Shown here one piece after another: positions 34,126-41,543 of a stretch of DNA of 64,000 nucleotides. The DNA is taken from positions 36,566 to 100,565 of the forward strand of contig CAYOFI010000004.1 of the NCBI GenBank assembly GCA_964403335.1, in the 5' to 3' direction. Origin of the DNA: an uncultured Candidatus Peribacteria bacterium (GTDB lineage: Bacteria > Patescibacteriota > Gracilibacteria > Peribacterales > Peribacteraceae). Below the pieces are notes generated by a model. That model searched no databases. It saw only the letters and a list, made by a program, of their open reading frames with translations, and was not told the DNA's origin. The position numbers were made by a program, and so were the translations under genes. Every line of letters begins with the position of its first letter. The first letter of the stretch is position 1.

Positions 34126-35703
34126 TTAGGCGAGATCGATAGTCTTGTCCGCTTTGACGATGACTTTTGTTTTGCGTGTGGGATTCGTGCGATCAGCAAC
34201 AATCTTGTCAACGATGTCACTGAGCTTCACGACGGTCTTGCCGCTTGCCGTGCTGATTTCCACCTGCACTTCTTCGGGCTTTTCGCCCGTTACGGGAGCG
34301 AGAAGCTTGATGCCCGTTGGCTCGGCATCACCTTGCGCACGCAGCAGATACGATTTGTCCGCTCCATCCGGCTCCACGAAGAGTTTCTTTTTATCGATGT
34401 GCACTTTTTTGTCTGCATATTCGAATTTCTGTGCAGCATCGCCAGGGGCGAATTCGCCCTTGATGAAATCCACACCGCCTATTTTTTTCGGTGTTTCGGC
34501 CGGAGCAGTCGTGGGTGCCGCTGGGGGAGCGGTGAGCCTCTTGTCGATCTCCTGCTTCACCTTCGCGAATTCGTCGCGGTATTCCTTGGCGGATTTTTCG
34601 TCCTCCAGCATGAGCATGGTGGGCATGGAGAGCATGGCCACGTCGATCTTGTTGTTCTTGCCCAAGCGCGTGTATTTTTCCCACTCCGTGAATTCCTTGT
34701 TCCACTCCGCCACCAACGCGGCTGACGGGGCGGAGCCTTTGACGTTCATGTAGGCGATGACCTGGTTTTCCTTGTGCATGGCCCGTCCGAACGCGCGGAT
34801 CTGCTGCTCGGCAATCGTTCCCGGCGTGATGAAGAGCGCGAAATCAGCGATGAAATTGCGGATGAGGTTGCCCAAGAACGTGACGGTCTGTTTTTCATCC
34901 ATACCGGCCCACTGCTTGAACATTTCAAACACGGACGGGGGCAACTTGGTGAGTGCGGCATCAATGCCCAACGTCACTTTCTGTGCCATTTGCGCAGGGC
35001 CTTTGGGGGGAGCGGGGGGCGGTTCAGGCAGGCCAGATGCCTTCGCCAAATCTCGCAGTCTTTTCTGCACTGCCTCCTGTTTGAGATCCAATGCAAGTAT
35101 GTTGTCTATAAGCGTGCCGCCGATACCTTCCACGCCGAAACGTCTGGCCAATAGGCCTTCCATAAGACTGATGTCGGCAGTTGCTTCGGGTTTATCAAGC
35201 AATTTTTTGAAGGCGTCTGTGAGATTCTTCAAATCTTCCTGTTTGACGTTTTCTCCCAATTTTTGCAGCTGCTCATGCACGCTTTTAAACTCCGCAGATC
35301 GTTCAGTCGCTGCGGGACTTGTAGCCGGCTTGTCCAAAACAGCGATGAGTCTGTCCAAATTTGTTGCAACCAAGCTCGGTCTGTTAACTTGAAAATCAGC
35401 TTTGAATTGATCGAGGATCTGATCAAATGTTGATGTGGCAAGCGCTGCCGCGGCGGGATTCTCTGCGATCATCATTTGCAGTATCGTGCCGCGCAGTTCG
35501 ACGATTCTCGGATCTCTTTCGCCGAAAGCAGCAATCAATTGTTTTGCTTCCAATTTTAACGGTTCCAAATTCACCCTTGCACCCGCAGAAAGAGTGGCGA
35601 CCTGTGTCTTCAGCGCTGTTGCCGCGGTTTTGACTTTCTGCAGCTGCGCAGCTTTGGCGGCTTCCGGTGCGGCCGGTGGGCGTGGTGCCTCGGGTGTGGA
35701 CAT
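34126..35703 (-). CDS. Orphan protein 2 of a four-gene operon (525 aa)
   Basis: It has a Pro/Ala N-terminus, a helical region with ALKTQVATL, two PPAP-type linkers and a beta-rich C-terminus. The gap to the next gene is 6 nt. Confidence 0.7.
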   Translation of the reverse strand: MSTPEAPRPPAAPEAAKAAQLQKVKTAATALKTQVATLSAGARVNLEPLKLEAKQLIAAFGERDPRIVELRGTILQMMIAENPAAAALATSTFDQILDQFKADFQVNRPSLVATNLDRLIAVLDKPATSPAATERSAEFKSVHEQLQKLGENVKQEDLKNLTDAFKKLLDKPEATADISLMEGLLARRFGVEGIGGTLIDNILALDLKQEAVQKRLRDLAKASGLPEPPPAPPKGPAQMAQKVTLGIDAALTKLPPSVFEMFKQWAGMDEKQTVTFLGNLIRNFIADFALFITPGTIAEQQIRAFGRAMHKENQVIAYMNVKGSAPSAALVAEWNKEFTEWEKYTRLGKNNKIDVAMLSMPTMLMLEDEKSAKEYRDEFAKVKQEIDKRLTAPPAAPTTAPAETPKKIGGVDFIKGEFAPGDAAQKFEYADKKVHIDKKKLFVEPDGADKSYLLRAQGDAEPTGIKLLAPVTGEKPEEVQVEISTASGKTVVKLSDIVDKIVADRTNPTRKTKVIVKADKTIDLA

Positions 35704-35731
35704 ATAGTGTGTGTGAGAATTCAGAGAAGAA

Positions 35732-35962
35732 TCAGGCGGCTTTTTGCATGCCTAACGCCGCTTCTGCTGCGCGGCCGAGGGAGGCGAAGTATTGTTCCAA
35801 TTCTTTTTGGAAGGGCAGTTCATCGGGCACGTTCAAAATGTTCCACAGCTTTTGGGATTGCGTGCTGTTTAAGCTGGGCAAGTTTTTCAGCCAATACTCA
35901 CGTTCCGGCTCGCTGAGCAGCGGGCTGCGTTGGATAAGCTGGACAAGAGCTTTGGTATCCAT
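35732..35962 (-). CDS. Orphan protein 1 of a four-gene operon (76 aa)
   Basis: The small helical ORF MDTKALVQLIQRSPLLSEPEREYWLKNLPSLNSTQSQKLWNIL... lies at the head of the operon. Confidence 0.5.
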   Translation of the reverse strand: MDTKALVQLIQRSPLLSEPEREYWLKNLPSLNSTQSQKLWNILNVPDELPFQKELEQYFASLGRAAEAALGMQKAA

Positions 35963-36105
35963 AATGGGTGTGGGTATGTGAAGGTTTCCGAGTATTGTAC
36001 CATTTTGCGATGTTTTTCACAAGCAGTCACAAAAGGGGGTTTCAACCGTCTTCCCTTTGCACCCCCGATCCTCTATCGTCGGGGTGTTTCTTCCGCCCCC
36101 CCTCT

Positions 36106-36462
36106 ATGAATGTGCAGCATTTCGAGAAAGGGCTTCACTATTCGGATACCGATTTGCTCGCGCTGGCGCGGAAAATCGGCAAATTGGCCACGTATTGCAA
36201 GCGCCTGAAAAACGCCGATTCCTTGATCCGTGTGGAGTCCGAAAAGCGTCCCACCCAGAAGGATCGCGACCAGGTGAAAGTGATGATCACCGTGGATTTG
36301 CCGGGTGCGCAGCTGCGCGCGGAATCGCGCAGATTGTTGGTGGTGGATGCCGTGGACCGGTGCATTGAAAAACTGGAACCGCAGATCAAGCGGTACAAGG
36401 AAAAGCGCACGGGGCGGAATCGGGCCCATCAAAAGTCCCGTTCCCGCGACCTTGCCGCATGA
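36106..36462 (+). CDS. hpf: Ribosome hibernation promoting factor / RaiA family
   Basis: MNVQHFEKGLHYSDTDLLALARKIGKLATYC...VKVMITVDLPGAQLRAESRRLLVVDAVDRCIEKLEPQIKRYKEK. The ATG at 36106 lies inside the longer tracked ORF. Confidence 0.8.
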   Translation: MNVQHFEKGLHYSDTDLLALARKIGKLATYCKRLKNADSLIRVESEKRPTQKDRDQVKVMITVDLPGAQLRAESRRLLVVDAVDRCIEKLEPQIKRYKEKRTGRNRAHQKSRSRDLAA

Positions 36463-37994
36463 GGTTCCGCCCGGCCGCCATCGGCGCGGCACTCTGCTCT
36501 CTGGTGTTGGTGCCGGTGAGTCTGTTTGCGCAACAAGAGGCGCCTGCTCCACCCGTGGCGCCGGATGTGACGGCCAGTATCATCGGGCCCGATGACGTGC
36601 CCGTGGGGCGACGCATCATTTTGGATGCCTCGGCCAGCCGCACCATCGGCAGCAACGTGCGGTATGAGTGGTATGTGGGTTCGTCGCCCGAACCCATCAG
36701 CACGACGGTCGACGCGATTTTTACGCCGGACCGCCCGGGTCCCATCGAATTCCGCTTGGTGGTGCGATCCACGGTGAACGGCGAAACGGTGGAAGATGAA
36801 GAGCGGCTCACCGTCACCGTCTTCACCCGCAAAGTGGTGGTGATCGCGGATGCCACCATCACGCAGCAAAAATTGGATGTCTTACGCCGCGCCGCGGCAT
36901 CGGGTTCCACGTACCTGCGCGTCTTGCAGTCACCCGTGTCGTCCGCAAGCAGAGGAGGGGAGGAGGCGTTGGCGGCGCTGCTCTCCGAACAGGGGGATGT
37001 GCTCTTGGATGCGGAGACGATCGTGCTGTGGACCGATGGCGTGCCGACTCCCGGTTTGTATGCGCTGCTCCATGCGGTGCAGAACAATGAGCAGTTGCAG
37101 CTGAGCATGCCGCTCCACCCATTGATACTCGCAACGGATTTGAATATGCACACGGTTGCGCGCGGAGGGAAAGGCATCATCTCCGTCTTAAAGCCGCGCC
37201 AGGCATTGGTGATGCGGCCATCGCTTTTGGAAATGCTGGTGGGAGCCAAAAGCGCCGAGGCTTTCACGCAGCAGGCCTTCCAAATCCCTTCGGCAAATCC
37301 GCTGATCCTGGACACCTCCGTCGTCCGGATTCCGTGGTATTACCCCCTCACGCATTTGACCGACGCCATGCTCGGCGCCGGAGTATCCAGCCAGACGGTT
37401 CTTCTGCTGCTCGTCCTCCCGGTCATCGCGACCATTTTGGCATTCCTCAAGCAGATCGTCGGTATCACCACATTCGGGCTGTTCACGCCCGCCATCATCG
37501 CGCTGAGTTTCTTGGCGCTGGGATGGGAAGTGGGAGTGCTCTCGCTCCTTTTCATCCTGATGACGGGCTACGCGTCGCGCACGCTCATGCGCAGACTGCA
37601 CATCCTCTACATTCCGAAAATGGCGATCATCTTGGGCATCGGCAGCTTCACGTTGTTGTTCCTTGTGGGTATCGCGGCGGTCTTCAAAGTCTATCTCAGC
37701 CACGACACGATCTTCGTGCTGCTCATCATGAGCACGCTTGTGGAAAGCTTCCTGAACGTGAAATCCGAACAAGGATTGAAATCCGCCATCTTCGCCATCG
37801 GTCAGACGATCGTGGCGGCTCTGCTCTGCGTCATGTTGGTGCAGTGGTCGCCGTTTAGGGCCCTCATCCTCGGCTATCCCGAAGTGATCTTGATCACCGT
37901 GCTCATCAACATCCTCATCGGACGATGGACGGGACTCCGGATCTCGGAATATTTCAGATTCAGGGAAGTGTTTAAGCATCTTGTTCAGGAATGA
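36459..37994 (+). CDS. Membrane protein: signal peptide, PKD-like extracellular region, and a C-terminal multi-TM domain of the '7TM usually fused to inactive transglutaminase' type
   Basis: The start overlaps the hpf stop (ATGA). It reads ILDASASRTIGSNVRYEWYV, then QIVGITTFGLFTPAIIALSFLALGW plus about 6 further helices. Confidence 0.6.
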   Translation: MRFRPAAIGAALCSLVLVPVSLFAQQEAPAPPVAPDVTASIIGPDDVPVGRRIILDASASRTIGSNVRYEWYVGSSPEPISTTVDAIFTPDRPGPIEFRLVVRSTVNGETVEDEERLTVTVFTRKVVVIADATITQQKLDVLRRAAASGSTYLRVLQSPVSSASRGGEEALAALLSEQGDVLLDAETIVLWTDGVPTPGLYALLHAVQNNEQLQLSMPLHPLILATDLNMHTVARGGKGIISVLKPRQALVMRPSLLEMLVGAKSAEAFTQQAFQIPSANPLILDTSVVRIPWYYPLTHLTDAMLGAGVSSQTVLLLLVLPVIATILAFLKQIVGITTFGLFTPAIIALSFLALGWEVGVLSLLFILMTGYASRTLMRRLHILYIPKMAIILGIGSFTLLFLVGIAAVFKVYLSHDTIFVLLIMSTLVESFLNVKSEQGLKSAIFAIGQTIVAALLCVMLVQWSPFRALILGYPEVILITVLINILIGRWTGLRISEYFRFREVFKHLVQE

Positions 37995-38000
37995 AGATCT

Positions 38001-38064
38001 TTTAGTTATTGGTTTCTGGTTTTTGGTTTCTGGTTTTAAACGAAAAACTAGAAACTAAAAACTG
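38001..38064. repeat. Tandem-heptad inverted repeat, family D: (TGGTTTY)4 ... (AAAAACT/AGAAACT)
   Basis: tggtttc tggtttt tggtttc tggtttt (38010-38037), loop aaacg, then aaaaactagaaactaaaaact. The element begins 7 nt after the 7TM gene stop. Confidence 0.8.
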
Positions 38065-38097
38065 TGCTCATCTTTTCCTTTATTTCTACTCTCCTCC

Positions 38098-40617
38098 GTG
38101 TTCCCTCTTTTCCGCCACGGCATTCTCGGCCTGAACGCGCGCAACCTGCTGTATCTTCGGCCGTATAATCCGAAGAAGGCGGTCGCGTTTGCGGACGACA
38201 AGATGAAGACGAAGGCATTCCTCTCCGCGCGCGGGATTCCGACGGCAAAAGTGTACGCACGCATAGAAAACCGCGAGCAGCTCCGGCATTTTAACTTTGC
38301 CAGTTTGCCTGATGAATGCGTGCTCAAGCCCAACTACGGATTCGGCGGAGAGGGAATCATCATCTTGAAAGGCCGGAAAAACGGGCAGTTTTTGGAGCAG
38401 GGGAAGAAGCCGATCACGGATGACCGGTTGCGCGAACACATCGAAGATATCTTGGACGGAAAGTTTTCGGTCAACGGGCGCAATGACATGGCGTTCTTTG
38501 AAAAAATCCTCGTCGCCCATGAAGGTTTTGCGCCATTCCGTCCCGCGGGTCTTCCGGATATCCGCTTCGTCGTTTTCAATTTGGTGCCGGTGATGTCCAT
38601 GCTTCGCGTGCCCACCGTCCAAAGCCAGGGGAAAGCGAACGTGCACATGGGCGGACTGGGCATCGGGATCGATATCGCCAAAGGCACGACGACGCACGCC
38701 TTTCAGTATTCCAGTCTTCTCAAAGAGTTGCCCCATGGGGGCGATCCTTCCGGCATCCCCATTCCGTTTTGGGAAGAGATGCTGCTGATTTCCTCCAAGA
38801 TCCAGTACACCACCAATATCGGCTATTTGGCGGTGGATCTGACGATCGACAAGGATCAAGGCCCGGTGCTGCTGGAGGTAAACGCGCGTGCGGGATTGAT
38901 GGTGCAGGTGGCGAACTTGGCGCCGTTGCGTTCGCGTTTGGAGCGCGTGAAGGGTCTCTCCGTCAGCTCGCCGGAGAAAGGCGTGCGCATCGCGCAGGAA
39001 TTGTTCGGGGAGAAAACGCGCGAGCGGCATGTGTCCGCTTTGGGATCGCATAAATCGGATGACCGCGACCGGCCGCGCTTGGGGCTGCGTGAAACGCTGA
39101 TCGTGCATGCGAAGGGCGTGAATGTCGAAGTCCCGGCGCTCCTCAGTCCCGCCACCTCCGAGTTCACGATTTTTTCGAACACCTTGCTCAAAGAACTGGA
39201 AAAACAAGGCGGCGCCGAATCCGTCACGGAGAAAGAATCTCCCGATGATGAAGACGAACTTGTGGCGGCCGTGGCCCACACCTCGGCACCGAACGTCAGC
39301 GAGAAGGCGTACCGCATCAAGGCCACGCTGGGCGGAAAGAAAATTCAAACTCTCGTGCATGCGGCGGCCGTGCCGTTCCCGGGAGTCCGTGCCGTCATCG
39401 GCCGGCGCGATCTGACGGGTTTTTACATCGACCCGAGCAAACAATTTTTGGCGGACTCGTCGTTGATCGATCATCGTCTGAAAGCCGATCTGCGCGCCAC
39501 GGACCGTATCCTCAGTCAGGTCGATGAAGAGCTCCTGCTCCTTCGGCTCCTCAAACCCGTCAATCTCCCCGAAGAGCGGTTGCGACTGGAGGCGGATACC
39601 GCTTACAGCCCGCACTTCCAGTATCCGGCGTTGCCGGAAGGCATTGAAGACATGGAAAAGCGCTTGGAAAGGTTGCCGACGGACGATTCGCCGCTTGGGG
39701 TCTTGCTCGGCAAAAAGAAGCGTGAACTCCTGATGCGCATCGCCCTTATCCGCGCGCGCGGCGATGCCGGACGGTTCACGTTGGCTTCCCAGGCATTGTT
39801 TGGCGCCCCGCGTGCGGACATCATCTCCGCCGCATCACGCTTTTTGCGTGACCGCGTCGCGTGCGATCTGCCCGTTCCCGACAATCAACTGCTCTCCGCC
39901 GAAGACGCATCCAAACAATTTGAAGAAGTGCTCAACCGCTACGGACTTCATGATTGGCAGATTGTCGTCCGTTCCTCCATGGTCGCCGATTGCGCCGTGG
40001 GGTGGAAGCGGCTCTATATCCGCCAAGGCGCGCGTTTCTCGCCCATGCACCTCCAATCATTGATCTCCCACGAAATTGAGACGCATATTTTGACGGCGGA
40101 AAACGGTGCCGAGCAGCCGTCGGATTTGTTCCGCCGCGGCTTTGCCGGGTACTTGGATACGCAGGAAGGCTTGGCGACGTACAACCAAAACCGCGTGCTC
40201 TCTCCGTACCACGATAAGCGCTACGGCCCCGCGCGCGGCGTGCTGGCCGTCGTCTACGCGCTGGAACATTCCTTCGTGGACACGCGCCGCTATCTGGAGG
40301 CGGAACTGGGATACACGCCGGAAAAGGCGCTGACGAAAACGATCGAGCTCAAGCGCGGATTGCAAGATGCCTCCGAGCCGGGGTCCTTCACCAAAGGTCT
40401 GGTGTATTTCCGCGGTATGCGGGCCATTGAGCGCTATGTGGCGGAAGGCGGCGATCTGAAACGCTTGTATGTCGGGAAGGTCGCCTTGGAAGATCTGGAA
40501 TTGATCGAGAAAATCGACGGCCTGAAGGCGCCGTTGTTGGTTCCGGTCTTCCTCCGCGAGAAAAAAGAGGACAAGGATGCGGGAGGGAAGGGGGGAAAGA
40601 AGGGGAAGGAGGAGTGA
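38098..40617 (+). CDS. Fusion protein: RimK-related ATP-grasp 'alpha-L-glutamate ligase-like' domain + DUF1704/QEGLA (MATCAP-like) metallopeptidase domain
   Basis: GTG start. The N-terminus reads GILGLNARNLLYLRPYNPKKAVAFADDKMKTKAFL...VLKPNYGFGGEGI...LLEVNARAG. The C-terminal part has HEIETH (40069-40086) and QEGLA (40162-40176). Confidence 0.8.
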   Translation: MFPLFRHGILGLNARNLLYLRPYNPKKAVAFADDKMKTKAFLSARGIPTAKVYARIENREQLRHFNFASLPDECVLKPNYGFGGEGIIILKGRKNGQFLEQGKKPITDDRLREHIEDILDGKFSVNGRNDMAFFEKILVAHEGFAPFRPAGLPDIRFVVFNLVPVMSMLRVPTVQSQGKANVHMGGLGIGIDIAKGTTTHAFQYSSLLKELPHGGDPSGIPIPFWEEMLLISSKIQYTTNIGYLAVDLTIDKDQGPVLLEVNARAGLMVQVANLAPLRSRLERVKGLSVSSPEKGVRIAQELFGEKTRERHVSALGSHKSDDRDRPRLGLRETLIVHAKGVNVEVPALLSPATSEFTIFSNTLLKELEKQGGAESVTEKESPDDEDELVAAVAHTSAPNVSEKAYRIKATLGGKKIQTLVHAAAVPFPGVRAVIGRRDLTGFYIDPSKQFLADSSLIDHRLKADLRATDRILSQVDEELLLLRLLKPVNLPEERLRLEADTAYSPHFQYPALPEGIEDMEKRLERLPTDDSPLGVLLGKKKRELLMRIALIRARGDAGRFTLASQALFGAPRADIISAASRFLRDRVACDLPVPDNQLLSAEDASKQFEEVLNRYGLHDWQIVVRSSMVADCAVGWKRLYIRQGARFSPMHLQSLISHEIETHILTAENGAEQPSDLFRRGFAGYLDTQEGLATYNQNRVLSPYHDKRYGPARGVLAVVYALEHSFVDTRRYLEAELGYTPEKALTKTIELKRGLQDASEPGSFTKGLVYFRGMRAIERYVAEGGDLKRLYVGKVALEDLELIEKIDGLKAPLLVPVFLREKKEDKDAGGKGGKKGKEE

Positions 40618-40621
40618 TACT

Positions 40622-40690
40622 GAAAAACCAGAATCCAAAACCCAAAGGCCAAGAATCCTGGCTTTTGGTCTCTGGTCTCTGGTTTTTTGC
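40622..40690. repeat. Tandem-heptad inverted repeat, family D (between convergent stop codons)
   Basis: gaaaaaccagaatccaaaacccaaaggccaag - aatcc - tggcttttggtctctggtctctggttttttgc. Confidence 0.8.
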
Positions 40691-40694
40691 TCGT

Positions 40695-41393
40695 TTACTT
40701 CTTCGCCTTGTCTCCAGCGGGAGCAGCACCTGCGGCGGCCGGAGCGCCGGCAGCAGCACCATCGGCGGCGGCTGCACCTGCGGCTGCGCCTTCCGCGCCG
40801 GCAGCGGCGGCATCCGTGGCGACGGGAGCGATCACTTCTTCCTTGCGCGGTTCCTGGACCGTGGCGATGACGGTTTCCGGCGTCTCCATCACTTGCACGC
40901 CCTTCGGAAGCACCAAGTCCTTGACCGTGATGACATCGTGGAAGGCGGCGAGCGTGGAGATATTGATGGTAAGCGAGTGGGGCAGATCGGCCGGGAGACA
41001 GCGGACCAGAATCGTATTCTGGGGGAGCACCAAGATACCGCCTTCGGATTTGACGGCCGGGGATTCTCCTTCCACGTGGATGGGAACCGGGGCCTCGATC
41101 TCTTCTTTCATGTTCACGGCGTAGAAATCGACGTGCATCTCGCGGTCCGTGATCGGGTCGAAAGTCACTTCCTTAAAGAGCACCGGCACCTTCTTTCCGG
41201 CGATATCCAATTCCACCAGTGTGCTTTCTCCGGCCTTGATGAAGACTTTGTGGAGATCCTTCTCCGCGCACTGCACGTGAAGGGTCTTCTCCAGTGTTCC
41301 GTAGACCACGCAGGGAACCTGCTGGGCACGGCGCAGAGCCTTGGGCTTTACCTTGTTATCGCGGGCCGTTGCGGAAAGGGTGATGGAATCCAT
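40695..41393 (-). CDS. rplY: 50S ribosomal protein L25 / general stress protein Ctc, with an Ala-rich C-terminal tail
   Basis: LSATARDNKVKPKALRRAQQVPCVVYG...VLFKEVTFDPITDREMHVDFYAV...IHVEGESPAVK. Confidence 0.9.
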   Translation of the reverse strand: MDSITLSATARDNKVKPKALRRAQQVPCVVYGTLEKTLHVQCAEKDLHKVFIKAGESTLVELDIAGKKVPVLFKEVTFDPITDREMHVDFYAVNMKEEIEAPVPIHVEGESPAVKSEGGILVLPQNTILVRCLPADLPHSLTINISTLAAFHDVITVKDLVLPKGVQVMETPETVIATVQEPRKEEVIAPVATDAAAAGAEGAAAGAAAADGAAAGAPAAAGAAPAGDKAKK

Positions 41394-41480
41394 ATATAGC
41401 CTCCAAAAGAGGTCCCAGAGTACAAAAGTCCTGGTTCGGGGTCAATATGACTCAAATGTGAGGAAAAAGCAAAGCAGATA

Positions 41481-41543
41481 AGGCTAAGGACCAAGGCTAA
41501 GGCTAAGATTCGAACTTAGCCTTAATCCCTAGTCTTAGCCTTA
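41481..41543. repeat. Tandem-heptad inverted repeat, family A, compact form (7-nt loop)
   Basis: aggctaaggaccaaggctaaggctaag - attcgaa - cttagccttaatccctagtcttagcctta. The right arm encodes the last residues (FKAKTRD) and the stop codon of the GT2 gene. Confidence 0.85.

Noticed and set aside
33028-34725. Plus-strand ORFs (240, 216 and 278 aa) across the orphan operon
   Set aside because: They are fragmented, mutually overlapping and Arg/His/Cys-rich. The minus-strand ORFs are long, contiguous and separated by only 2-28 nt, so I take the minus strand as coding.
38086-39615. 509-aa minus-strand ORF, and the 309-aa ORF at 36386-37315
   Set aside because: Both are antisense to the ATP-grasp fusion gene and the 7TM gene, which carry recognisable motifs. 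Their composition is Arg/His-rich and non-protein-like.
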